A stretch of DNA of 64,000 nucleotides from NCBI RefSeq assembly GCF_006345805.1, contig NC_043011.1, positions 32,314,464-32,378,463 on the forward strand. Direction: 5' to 3'. The notes below the pieces were generated by a model. That model was not told where the DNA came from and searched no databases. It saw only the letters and a list, made by a program, of their open reading frames with translations. The DNA is from Octopus sinensis (Eukaryota). This document shows positions 38,401 through 52,100 of the stretch, one piece after another; position 1 is the stretch's first letter; each line of letters starts with the position of its first letter. The position numbers and the translations under genes were made by a program.

Positions 38401-39130
38401 TACTTTTTATGTGCCACTGACACAAGTGCATGTATGTGGCAGTGACACAAGTGAATTCTATATGGCACCAGTACCTATAAAGGACACGCCTGTTTGTATG
38501 GATTACATCTCAAGAACAGCAAATCGCCTCCCTTGTCATTTTATCGGTGATTCCCAGCATCTGAAGATCCTTTCTCACCACTTCAACCCATGTTTTCCTG
38601 GGTCTACCCCTTCTACAGGTTCCCCCCACAATTAGAGCTTGGCACTTCTTTATGCAGCTGACCTCGTCGCATGACCAAACCAGTGCAGTCTTTTCTCTTG
38701 CCTCTTATACCCAGTTTTCCTCTTAAATCATTTACACTGTCGTGTATGCACACTGACTTTACCCGATCCACTGGAGCACGCTAGCTTCATTTCTGATTAA
38801 TTAAAAAAGAAAAAAAAAAACACTCACTTTAAATTGTAATTATCTTCATTTCTTCTGTTTATTTTTGTTTCCAGACTTTTAAATCCTCAGTGTGTTTTGT
38901 TGAAGTCATTGGGAAAAAACATCCAATTTGAAGTTGCAATTGGCATGAATGGACGCGTGTGGATCAAAGCAGCATCAGCAGTAAATACGATAGCTGTAGC
39001 TAATGCCATAGCTTCTGCTGAACATATGACCAACAACCAGATTAAAGTAATGTGTCAGCGACTTTCTCAAGCTCTTGAGACTCATTCCAAAGAAAACTCA
39101 GAACCAGAAAAAGAGGACTCGATTTTATAA
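32434..39130 (+). CDS. EXOSC3: Exosome complex component RRP40, 254 aa. Exons: 32434-32640, 34674-34823, 36711-36862, 38875-39130
   Basis: [45 protein letters not shown]-domain [18 protein letters not shown] introns with consistent phases (765 nt). Confidence 0.96.
33801..33840 (+). ncRNA. Degenerate minimal hammerhead-ribozyme-like motif (Penelope-type)
   Basis: CTGAGGA-gatctaataagact-GAAACATGTC, with palindromic stem III ACATGT and a GUC cleavage triplet. Confidence 0.5.
35500..35850 (+). mobile_element. CR1 3' fragment with (ATT)n tail, inserted into a SINE A copy
   Basis: Homologous to 10805-11037; SINE sequence aagacac flanks both sides. Confidence 0.8.
37672..38070 (+). mobile_element. 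RTE 3'-UTR fragment
   Basis: Hairpin units plus the conserved tail. Confidence 0.85.
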
Positions 39131-40015
39131 ATTTTGTACATAAATCAATTTTTTTACTAAATAAGAATGTTTTTTTATTTTTTTACCCCCACATCTTTAT
39201 CATCATTATCATCATCATCATTGTCGCATTTATGTTAACTTTGGATAGATGAGAGATATTGATGCCCTTTCTGTCGTTAACCTATGTTTGTTTTTGTTTC
39301 TCAAGGTACTTATACTTCATTCTTCCCATATAATGAAACTGGTGTGCTAAGGAACATAATGTATATGAGAGATATAAATGGCATGTCACATAGTGACAAT
39401 GTGAAGACAATTTGAAGCACACACAAACACACACACACACAGGTACAGACATGACTCTGTTAAGAAATTTACTTCCCAACTACATGGTTTCAGATTCAGT
39501 TCCATTGTGTGGTGTCTTGGGCAAGTGTTTTCTATTATAGCTCTGGGGCCAACCAAAGCCTTGTATGTAGATTTTCTTGATGGAAACTAAAAGAAGCCTA
39601 TTATATATGTGTGTGTGTGTATATATATATGTTTGTGTGTGTGTGTGTATATATATATATCCAGCTGTAGAAACACTGCCAGATCAGACTGGAGGCTGGT
39701 GTAGCCTCCTGGCTTCCCAGACCCCAGTCAAACTGTCCAGCACATGCTAGCATGGAAAACGGACGATGATGATGATATATAATCATCATCATCCTCATTT
39801 AACATCCAGCTTCCATGCTGACATGGGTTGGACAGTTTGACGGGAGCTGGCAAGCAAGCTAGAGGACTGCATCAGGTTCTGCTGTTTTGGCATGGTGTTT
39901 ATGATTGGGTGCCCTTTCTAATGCCAAACTCTTTTGCAATAGAACATTACTTTGGTTCTTAAGGTTGCAAGTAGAGAGAAATTTCTATCATCAGATTAGC
40001 GTAGAAGCGAGAACA

Positions 40016-40231
40016 TACAGTGTCCCAAATGTAGGTTTACAGTTATTCAACTATCTCTTTCTCATTCGTATATTAACAATTTAAATCTTAATTATAAAAA
40101 AAAAAAAAATGAAACCATTATTCTATGCTAATTTAGTTAATTGTAAGATAGAAATTTAAATGCAATAAAACGTTTTAAAAGAAATTTAAAGTGCCTACGT
40201 GATAACTAATCTACTTTTGGGCCACCCTGTA
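40016..40231. mobile_element. Tc1-like MITE
   Basis: tacagtgtcccaaatgtag / ctacttttgggccaccctgta, with TA ends. Confidence 0.65.
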
Positions 40232-41193
40232 TAATCAAATGAGTCAACAAGAAAACTTTTACATGTCCTCCTTTATTATTTGCCAGCTTTCTGTCATTGG
40301 AAAGCAGCCATGCTGGAGTACCATCTTCAAGGGTGTTTCGTTGATTATATCCACCCTGGTACTTGTGACTCCGTTCGTTCTTGTAAGATAAAATGCCCAT
40401 TGCCATAAAGGGAGACAATTCAGTTCTACATTATTAAAAATATAAAATTATAAGCCTTTCTCAGAGATACTAAAAGGACATCGGTAATATAAAGAAAGTA
40501 CAAGGTAAAGTAGGAATTAATGGCAAGTTTGTGTGTTACTTGCTCAAGGTGTTAGGCTGATCATAGATATGAAAATGCAGTGCAAGGTGAATACTGAGTG
40601 CTACTCTGAAGTTTCTCTAGAAGAATTTCATAATAATTTCCAGAGCATTCTATGAATTCATAGGATACCCAGGCACATAATTTGAATTAGAAATGATGTA
40701 ATGTGCCTGAAGATCCTGTATGTTCACACAGGCTATAAAAGTTATGCAATTCATCTGGTGAAACTTTCAAGTAGCATATTATATCCATCGACTTTTGTTT
40801 CTTTTTAAATGACCACTTTTCCATGCTTGCATGGGTTGGACAGAATTTATTGAGGCAGATTTTTGATGGCTGGATGCTCTTCCTGTTGTCAACCTTCAAC
40901 TGCTACTAAGCAAGGTAATATTTCCTTATAGCTAGGCATAATTTTGCAGAATATTGGAAACGAATTTCAGTTTGGTTTATAGTCATTTACAATTATTACG
41001 TGATATCAAAACAAGGTGACACACACATACACAACATGCTTCTTTCAGTTTCTGTCTACCAAATGCACTCACAAGGCTTTGGTTGGCCTGGAACAACAGT
41101 AGAAGACACTTGTCCAGGGCACCACACAATGGGACTGAACCTGAAACCATGTAGTTGAGAAGTAAACTTCTTGACCACACAGCCATGCCTGAG

Positions 41194-41226
<33 letters not shown>

Positions 41227-42004
41227 GAGCAAAACGCCCCCTGTCCAATGGAGGGTGCTGAGTTGTCAAACATTTAAATCAAATTTTCTCTAAACAACTT
41301 GTCTGACCGTCCCATTTTGTAGCATTATTTCAAGCCAGCCGGCTTTTTTCTGTGCAAACTGCACATGCATTTTTCTCGCGCATGCGTACTATTGATTGCA
41401 ACAGCTGATGTACTTGTATGTACAAATGCTCGTTCCCACGGCTTTATCGATCGCATTCTCACCTGGAATCGATTTTTGTAATTTTTTCAAGACTTATACA
41501 TGCCCTGATACTGTTAGTATCTACATATCAAATTTGAGCACAATCGGATGTCCGAGATCCTAGAAGACACACACACAGACAGAACAGATTTTATATAACA
41601 TATATATATATATCTTATTTGTTTCAGTCATTGACTGTGGCCATGCTGTAGCACCACCTGAAGGATTTTAGTTGAATGAATCATCACCAGGACTTATTTT
41701 TTAAAGCTTAGTACTTATTCTATCAGTCTTTTTTACCGAACCACTAAGTTATGGGAATGTTAATACACCAACACCAGTTGCCAAATGGTGGAGTGGGGGG
41801 GGGCACATAGATATATATATACACATACATATAAAATGTATGAGAGGCTTCTTTCAGTTTCCATCAACCAAATCCACTCACATGGCTTTGGTCAGCCTGA
41901 GGCCAAAGTAGAAGACATTTGCCCAAAGTGCTACGCAGTGAGACTGAACCCAGAACCATGTGGTTGGGAAGCAAGCTTCTTTATTTCATTACATTTGCCA
42001 TAAA

Positions 42005-43075
42005 GGCATAATACAGATGGAAGCTTGCGGGCTGGACACAGACACAATGATGAAATGAAAAAAAGAGATGGTTGGTGGTGGAAGCAGCCAACATCTGCCG
42101 ATTGTTACTTCCTAACATTGTTCTTTTTTAAAACACAAATGTGGTGTTGAATCTCTTACAACAGTTACAAAGTGAGGCGCTGATCCTCTTACCAATCAAA
42201 AAAAAAGTTCAGCAAATATATTCAACTTGAGGTGCTAGGCCTCTTACCAAAATCACAAAGTTTGAATTGAGGCACTAAGACCTCTTACTCTACCTCCCCG
42301 ATTAAGTCTCTTGCTGCCTGCACTTTCAAGCCAGGGCCCCAGAGATAATTGTATTCATCTTTGGTAAAGGAATCCATCACCCTGTAGAAATAAGTTCCCT
42401 CCATGACCTCAGCAGCCACCTGTGGAGGCCAATCCTGGCTTTCAATGCAAGTCAGGACCGCCTGTTCCTGACCTTCTAGATTCCTCACAAAGTTCTCTAC
42501 GGCCCCTCCCTTAAGAAAGATCACAAATTCTTCATTTATTATACTGGGAGGGGCCAGTTTCCTCCGTCGGTGGGAATTGTGCCACCGACGAGGTTTCGGG
42601 ACATGCCGGCAGCGCACTGCTAACCGCCGGCACTGTCCCATTCTTTTTCTTCTTTTTTCTTGTCTTTGATACGGGAGGGGCTGGTTCCTCTACTTTAACC
42701 AGAGGATCATCCCTCCCTCCCACAGCTTTAGGGTCCTTTGGTGAGCAACCATTGTTGCTCCCCTTTTTCCTTTTTTTCCGAGGAGGTCTCTACCTCCTCG
42801 ACAATCTCCATCTCTCCCTCCGGAGGAGGTGGGGCTCTTCTACAACCAACTGTTCCAGGACCCTACTCTGGTCCTGCGGACAGTTCTTTTTAATGTGGCC
42901 CGGTTCCAGGCACAGGTGACACTTGGGTGGGGGCGTCCCTCAAGTATCACCGGGTACCTGCAACAGGCCATTTTCAAAAAATCTGGAAAAACCAGATTCT
43001 TGGCTGATTGGGCCCAAGAGGTCAAAACAGCTTTTGACCCAACCTAATCAGCTTTATATACCAAAGTTCCAGACT
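42005..43075 (-). mobile_element. Tx1/L1-type ORF1 (zinc-knuckle) remnant with downstream non-coding region
   Basis: PVILEGRP(frameshift)PKCHLCLEPGHIKKNCP gives CX2CX4HX4C at ~42878-42920; a GC-rich island in AT-rich DNA; stop at 42285. Confidence 0.7.
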
Positions 43076-43561
43076 TTAATCCTTTAGCATTTGGTTTAAT
43101 CTGTCAAAATGTAATGCTTATTTATTTACACTGCTTTGAATTAATCATGCATTATCTCATGCCTTTAAGATTTTGATAGTGTGATTGTTCATTTTTGGAA
43201 TGACATTGTAGGGTAGGTTTAAGAAGCTGGATCTGACCACTTTAAACATAAAACAAGTAGAACATTTGGGCTGGATATGGCCAGTTTAAATGCGAAAAGG
43301 TTCATAACATTAAAAATGAAATCAAATCCAGTTGAGTTTTACTGTAAATTTATTCTACTAAAATTACACCACATAAATTCTTGACAAGGAAATTAAATAA
43401 AAGAATCTCCATTGTTTCATATCAAAGTCTACTTTTCCAATAAGCTTGATTAGTTATGACATAAAAAAAAAAGGAATTTGAAACTAAAAAAAGTACTATA
43501 CAACAGTTAAAAAAAAAATAATATAAATGTCCAGTGTAAGAAAGAAATATATCACATACAG

Positions 43562-43607
<46 letters not shown>

Positions 43608-45557
43608 CATATATATATATATGCATATAAAATCATAATGGGGATAAACTCCCAAACACCTCCTTGCAACTTTGAAAACCAAAGTGATGTTCTATTGTGA
43701 AAAGAAACAAAAAACAAACTTAACTATGATCAGTACTTTTCATGTGGATGGAATGACTTCATATGATTATTTCTGATATTTCTTTTTCTATTGTATTGTA
43801 AAACATTTGTTTGAAATAGCTTCTTTGTTCATCATTAGGTGCAATGAACTTGCTAACTTTTATTTAATTTAGTTTTACCGATGTTCGTATCCACCAGGGC
43901 CAATGTCTCAGAGAGCCATTGATTACAGAATATTTAAAGTTGTGTTTTTAAATACTTTAACTAATTTTTGATTAGGCCAGCCACAGTAGACCGAAACTGA
44001 TGGTGGTGGTATAGTTTATGGATAGGATCGTTTTGATACGTACATCAAGAAGTGAAGGTTGATGGTTCCATCCCGGCCTGAGCACATGCAAGTGAATAGT
44101 GCAAATGAACAGAAAGCAAATCAGTTTGAGATTGTTTTACACACACAAAAGAAAAAGATTTAAAAAAATTAAAAGTGCATGGACAGTAGAAAGTTATTTC
44201 ATAAGCTATTATTATCATTAATAACTCATCAAAAATATAAATAAATAGTCATATCCATATGCATTTAGTCTCATTGTTAAATTAGGCCCCTGTGAGGGCC
44301 TTTAGGTTAACATGAGATGATGATTGAAATGACTGGTTTCAGTTACACTACTTAACAACTCATTAGTGTTCACCCACTTCTCCCTGCCAAGATAATCCTA
44401 GAGGAAGGCTGTACATCATGAAGTAATTAAGATACTTAATAGAGATGTGTACTTCATAACTTAAAACTTCAAAAAGATAAAGTCTTTGCTATTTATGACG
44501 TGTGGGGGAGGTAGATCTGTATGCAAAAAAGACAAAAAGAGAAATAAAAGCATTACAATTTTCGATTTTAGCCATTTGTTTCCAGTTCAAATCCCATTAG
44601 ACGTAACTTTGTAGTTTATTTTTGCCTTTTTAGCCAATGATAAACCAAGTACCTGTAACATATCAGGGAGGATGGTCGTGTTGGTAGAGTCAGAGACTTT
44701 AAACGTCTAACATACACACAAGAAAGAAAAAAAAAAGAGGAAAAATATTGGCATTGTACCTATAAAAGAGATAAATTATTTTAAAGATAAAAAGCAGGGG
44801 TTTGGGCTCAGCATAAAAGGAACTTTCTAGAGAAAGAGAAACAAAATGAAATAACAAATTAAAACTTTTATAAAGTTTTGTGTGAAGAAGCAAGGGAGGT
44901 CAATGCATAGTTTTGTAAAATTTGCTTTTCTATTTGAAGTTACAAACATTATGCAGGCATGCATATTGTAGGGATTTCAAATCCATAAAATACTGAAGAT
45001 TCATTTTGCCAGCTTTAATATTGAACTGATCGCAGCGGTACATCATATTCGACGCAACTACACTGCAAGAGTATATTGCATACTCATTCTCTGATAACGT
45101 TGTACGAAACATACATCATATGCACACATGTATAGAAGGTGTTATTGCTGATTGAAAAATTAGTTTACTTTTTATTAACAGTGTAAAAGCAGTATCTGAT
45201 ATGTACACATCTATTTACACAGTAAAGAAATATAAAATTAAGAAACAGATGTTTCCAGTTTTATATATGCATATATATATACATGTATAATACTTCATAG
45301 GGAAGTGGGCCAGGCATTATCAATAGTTTTTCTTTTTTTTTCTTTGAGTTCAAAAAATAATTCTTAATAAAATGGACTTCTTTTCAGAGCAGCCAACGAA
45401 AAATTGCAGAGATATAGGGCAGACTTCTCCAGAATACATATGAGTTTCACTTGCAGTTACTGCAAAATTATATCGGGAGAAATACAGTTCTAAGCTTCAG
45501 AGAGAGAGAAAAAGAAAGAAAGAAAAAGAAAACATGGCGTTAGGTGTCCTTAGTTTG

Positions 45558-45725
45558 TTATACATTAAAACTTTCTCCACAACCGCATGTTCCTTTTACA
45601 TTGGGATTATTAAATATAAATTCCGAAGAAAGTTTGCTTTCAACATAGTCCATTTCTGTGCCTAAAAGTGTTAATTGAGCTTTGGTGTCCATGAAGATTT
45701 TCACTCCTGCAAATAACAAAATTGA

Positions 45726-45756
<31 letters not shown>

Positions 45757-46087
45757 CAACTTAGTTTGCAAAAAAAAAAATAACAACAGCAGCAGCAACA
45801 ATTTTTATTTTAGATTGATAAATTAGAAGTTTAATGGTTATAAAGTTAAGATGCTGGACTAGTTTCACAGCGATACCAAATAAATATGGATAAGAGTTCA
45901 TATTTCTATTTATTTATGCTTTCACAATTTTCCATGCTTGCATGTTGTCGGACAGAAATTTGCTGAGGTAGATTTTCAATGGCTGGATGCCCTTCCTGTC
46001 ACCAACCCCACTTATTACCAGGTTAGGTAATATTTCCACAGGACCAAACATTTTGGAAGATGTCCAAACAAGGAGAGAGTAACACAC

Positions 46088-46157
<70 letters not shown>

Positions 46158-49100
46158 ATATTAACATGTGTAGTCATTTTACCAAATATATACGTTTTAT
46201 TTATTATTTTGTACATTAATTAATCATTGGTATATGTTTTTATCTTATATTTAATTTTTTCTTTAGAATGTAATTTTTTTCTATATTGTATAATTAAATT
46301 TTTTCATTGTTGAATTGATAAAAGGTGGGGTTTTTTTCTAATTTATATATACGACAGGCTTCTCACAAGGCTTTGGTTGGCCTGAGGCTGTAGAAGACAG
46401 TTGCCCAAGGTGCCACGCAGTGGACTGAACCTGGAACCAAGTGATTGGTAAGCAAGCTAAGTCATGAGTAATGACAAAAAATAGCAGCAAAATCTCCCTC
46501 AGTTCATAGTCTATGGTTTTAAAAAGGCGAGAGCACACATGACAATGAAGTTCTTGATATATGCGTATTAAGTACACGACCAGAATGAAGTCCTAAGTAA
46601 ATGATCAGATCAAAATACTTTGGAGAAAATAAAGAAAACAAGAAATAAAACTGAGAGAAGTAGGAAATAAGGAGGAATTGAACTCACCATCTTGCTCGAT
46701 AACTTCATCAAATTTTCCCTTTTGATTTGAATAGTCAAGAGTGTAGCTAAGTCCATTGCAACCCCGCGTTTTCACACCAATTCTCAAGGCAATCTGTCAG
46801 TAATAAAAACAATAAGAATGTTCAGTGAAAGAATATTGACATAAAAAAAAAAGTTCATATACCTATGCACAGGTGTGACTGTGTGGTAAGAAGCTTGCTT
46901 CCCAACCACATGGTTCCGGGTTCAGTCCCACTGTGTGGCACCTTAGGCAAGTGTCTTCTACTATAGCCTCAGGCCGACCAAAGCCTTGTGAAAGGATTTG
47001 GTAGACGGAAGCTGAAAGAAACCCCTTTGTGTGTGTGTGTGTGTGTATAAATGTAACTACATGTGAATTGTTGGTGATTTTTTTCCTTCTGTCTTCCTTT
47101 TCTCTTGGACTTTCCTCTGTCTCCTGTTTCTGAAGAACAGCTTTGCTCAAAACGTTAAAAACCTTTCTTTCCTTCCCCGAGCATCTTTTAATACTTTGCA
47201 TGGATCATGTCCTCGCATTGTTTTTTTGGTTTTTTTTTTTGGAGGGGATTATATATATATATGTATGTATGTGTGTATGTATATATATATATATATGTAT
47301 GTATGTGTGTATGTATATATATATATGTGTGTGTGTCTATATATATATATATATATGTGTGTCTTTGTGTCTGTGTTTGTTCTTTCATCACCACTTGACA
47401 ACTGGTGTTGGTTTGTTTATGTCCATGAAACTTACTAATATTATTACTGCTATTTTTTCCCCTTTTAAAACTTGCTTGCAAATATCCAATTTTTTTACCC
47501 CACTTATATTCTCCCTTATTGCATCTTATTTTATTAAACCTTTTTTGATGTTCTTACAAAAATTCTTCACACTGATGAAAATGACAATGCATAAATTTAA
47601 TTATAATTACTATGGTTATAAATTTTTTCTTACATATTTGTATTGTTCTTTGAAACGTGCATATGTATTGAATCCTATTTTATATTAAATCTAATTTCGA
47701 TTCAACATCTTTTTCTCCTCCATTTTTCTATAATTATTTATAATATTTTTATACCTATAACGATATTTTTCAACTACAATTTTCGTATTCTTATTACTTA
47801 CTCTGGTTGATTTTATATGAATATGATGAATCTTTATTAGAGATCATTCTCTCTCTCTTTTGGGCCTCTCAAAAAGTTTTAATCGTTCTCTTTTGAACTT
47901 ATTTTTTCCCATATATATATATAGTAAATCCCAAAAAACGAAGAACAAACACAAAAAAAAAAAACAATAATGCAAGAACGTGGTACATGTAAAGTATTAG
48001 CAGATGCTCAGGGAAAGGAAGAAAGATGGTTTAACATTTTGAGCAAAGCTCTTCTTCAGAAACAGGGAAGTTCAATAGAAAAGGATGTGTCTGTATTTGT
48101 CCCCCACCACCATCGCTTGACAACCAACTAATGCTGGTATGTTTAATTCCCTGTAACATACCAAAAGAGACCGATAGAATAAGTACTAGGCCTACAAAGA
48201 ATAAGACCTGAGGTCGATTTGTTCGACTAAAGGAGGTGCTCCAGCATGGCCGCATTCAAAGGACTGAAACAAATAAAAGAATATCTCAGTAAAGCAGTGA
48301 GCTAGCAGAATTGTTAGAACACTGGGCAAAAGGCTTAGTGGCATTTTGTCCAGCTTCATGTTGTGAGTTCAAATTCCACTGAGGTTGACTTTGCTTTTCG
48401 TCCTTTCGGGGTTGATAAATTAAGTACCAGTTAAGCACTGGGGTTGATGTAATCAACTTATATTCTCCTGCAAAATTGCTGGCCTTGTGCCAAAATTTGA
48501 AACCAATATTAAGATGCATGATGGAATGGGAGTGTTGATAGAGCAACGAACAAAATGCCTTGCAGTATTTAGCTGTGTCCTATTACATTGGGAGTTCAAA
48601 TCTCACTGGAGTCAAATTTTCTTTTCCTCCTCCTGGGCATGACAAAATAAGATAATAACCAAAGAATGTCAACTTACCATATCAGGTTTCCCAGACATAA
48701 TTTCCTTGATTTTCTTTACAGCAGCTGGTGTCTGAAGAAGAAACCAATGAATGTGTGTAGAAGCTAATATCTATATATACAAACGGCAAAATGTCTGTGT
48801 GTGTGTGTGTGTATCCTTTATACAAATCCACAATTTTTCAGTTAGAGGGCTCGCACTTTCTATGGTCATTCAAAACCATCCAAGAGTGGTTGTGCACATC
48901 TTTACATTTCCCCACTCACCCCGCAAAGCCATTAAAAAATCAATAGAAGTGACATTTTTGTGAATTTCCTATCCAAATCCAAATCAAAATGCCCGAAACT
49001 TGATATGCCAATTGAATGCCAGCTAGCTGTATGTGATTGGTCGGAGATTTGGACAGTACTCGCGTGTATGTGTGCACGCACGCAGCTGTATATGCATGCA

Positions 49101-52100
49101 CTAGCACTATGACAGTCTATAATAATATTGTTTATGATGTATGTTTGAGCATTATACTATAACCCTTTTAATACTAAACCATCGGAGACTGTCCTTCGCT
49201 ATATCATATAAACTTCCAGCTTAAAAGTGATGTGAATTAAAGACCTTCCAATAACCTTTCATGTTAGTTTATGCTCCAAACATCATCTTAATAATGACTA
49301 AGTTATTTCATTAAATTATTTGAAACAAAGGGAGTATATTTTAACCCTTTAGCATTTAAACTGGCTATATCTGACCCAAATATTGTATCTGTTTTATGTT
49401 CAGACTAGTCAGATCTGGCATCTCACACTTATCCTGCAATGACATTCTAAAAGATAAATAATCACAACTTTGAAATCTTGAAGCTACAAGATAATACATG
49501 ATTAATTAAAAAAAAAAAATGAATAAGCATTACATTTAAAAAGAAAAAGGGTTAAATGGAAATATGGCAACAAAAGGGGTAAGTCTTTTGATACCAACCT
49601 GCCCTGAGATCACCCTAGTGCTATGACACAAACCCCTGTTTTAACCCTTTAGCATTCAAATTATTTTGTCAAAAGTAATCCAAGTAATCCTTATTTATTC
49701 ATGTTTTTAAAAATTAATCTGGTATTATCTTGTAGCTTCATGATTTGAAAGACATAATAGTTTATTTTTAGAATGACATTGCAGGGTAGGTGTGAGATAC
49801 TGCTTCTGGCCAGTTTGAGCATATAATGGGAAGAATATTTGGGTTGGATACAGCCATATCAGGCCCAAATTGACTTCCTGTTTTATACTCAAACCAGCCA
49901 GCTCTGACCTCTCACACCTGCACTACAATGTCATTCTAAAAATGAACAGGGTCATCATCAAAATCTCAGAGTTACAAGATGCTGTACAATTAATTTAAAA
50001 CATTGTAAGGATCTTTACCTTTTGACCGACAGATTTAAAAAATAATTTTTTGTAACTAAACACTTTCAAACTTTGGACACTGGTAGAATGTGTCATATAA
50101 AACATGTTTTACTCTTAGCAATTTTGAGAAAAACTTATATAAAATAATTGAAACAAAACAAGTGTAATTCAATAGATTTATTTTGGTACTAACTGGGCTG
50201 AGATCATCCTTGGTTCTGTGAGACAAACTTGTTTAAGTTATCTAAATAAAACTTTTAACATTCAGATTATTCTGTCAAATACCATGCTTATTTATTCACA
50301 TTCTTTTGAATTAATCATTCATTATCTCATTAATTAAATTAAATGCACTCTTTTAAAGCCTAGCCAGGTTCATGGGCCTGGTTTCCTGGTTTCTATGGCA
50401 TATGTGTTCCCTCCCCAGATGGACGGGACGCCAGTCCATCGCGGCGTTACTCATTTTTGCCAGCTGAGTGGACTGGAGCAACGTGAAATGAAGTGTTTTG
50501 CTCAAGAACACAATGCGTCGCCCGGTCCAGGAATCGAAACCACAATCTTACGATCATGATGCTGACACCCTAACCACTAAGCCATGTGCCTCCACCATTA
50601 TCTCATAGCTTTGAGATTTTGATGATGTGATTGTTTATTCTTACAATGATATTATAGCATAAGTGTGTGAGAGCCCAGATCTAGCCAGTTTGAACATAAA
50701 ACAGGTAAAATATTTGGGTCGGATATTGCTGGTTTAATTGCAAAAGAGTTAAAACCTTCCATTAAAATTTCAGAGTTTATGTTCCAAACACTAGCTTAAT
50801 AATGACAAAGTCAGTTTACTAAATTATTAACTAGTTGCAAAATTAACTGAAACAAAGGCAGCGTATTTAAACAGAAATATGGTAACAAAAGGATTAAACA
50901 ACCTTAACTATGAAACAAATTTGAAGACATAATCCAAGACTTTAGCACATCATCATCATCATTTAACGTCCGCTTTCCATGCTAGCATGGGTTGGACGAT
51001 TTGACTGAGGTCTGGCGAACCAGATGGCTGCACCAGACTCCAATCTGACCTGGCAGAGTTTCTACAGCTGGATGCCCTTCCTAACGCCAACCACTCCGAG
51101 AGTGTAGTGGGTGCTTTTATGTGCCACTGGCATGAGGGCCAGTCAGGTGGTACTAGCAACGACTATGCTCAAATAGTGCTTTTTATGAATATATCATCAT
51201 CATCGTTTAACATCCGTTCTCCATGCTAGCATGGGTTGGACGGTTCGACCGGGGATCTGGGAAGCCAGAAGGCTGCACCAGGCTCCAGTCTTATCTGGCA
51301 ATGTTTCTACAGCTGGATGCCCTTCCTAACGCCAACCACTCCGTGAGTGTAGTGGGTGCTTTTTACGTGCCACCTGCACGGAAACAAATGCCACCTGCAC
51401 AATGAAACAAATTTGAGGGTTATGTTTTTCAAGACATAATCGATATCCTTAACATAATGAAGTAATACTATGAATATCTATAAATTAACTCTTTAACATT
51501 TGCACTGGCTATGCCTGGCCAAAATATTCTATGCATGTCCAAACTAAGCAGATCTGACCTCTTACACCAACCTTACAATGTCATTCTAAAAATATCACTA
51601 CAGTCTGAGTTCAAATCCTACCACAGTTGATTTCTTTTTTGCCTTTCCTTCTTCTAAAGTGGATCAATTCTTTCTTCATCTCTTCCTCCCTGGCCCACTC
51701 CTACTTCCTTTACCTTTCCCCCACGCTGATATTCACAACTGACTATATCCCCTTTCTTGTTTACCATTCAATGCATCACCTGTATCCCTATTTCAAACCA
51801 TCTGTTGCTTGCCTTACACTTTTGCAAACACACCTTCTCCTCTCTCCCTACCCCTCCTTCTTGTACACTGAGGATATATCCCAACACCTCACTGCCACCA
51901 TCTTCTCTCCTTTTCTAGCTGTGGTAGCTATGTAACTCCTTTACAATAAGAGACCGGTTCCTTTTCCTCAGTTTTACTCATAAGCCACATCCCTTAATCA
52001 AGTGGGTCTTGTCTGGTGAGCTACACATGGTGACCTCACTAGTGCTGGTGACATGAAAAAACACCTAGTACATTCTGTAACGTGTTTGACATTAGAAAGT

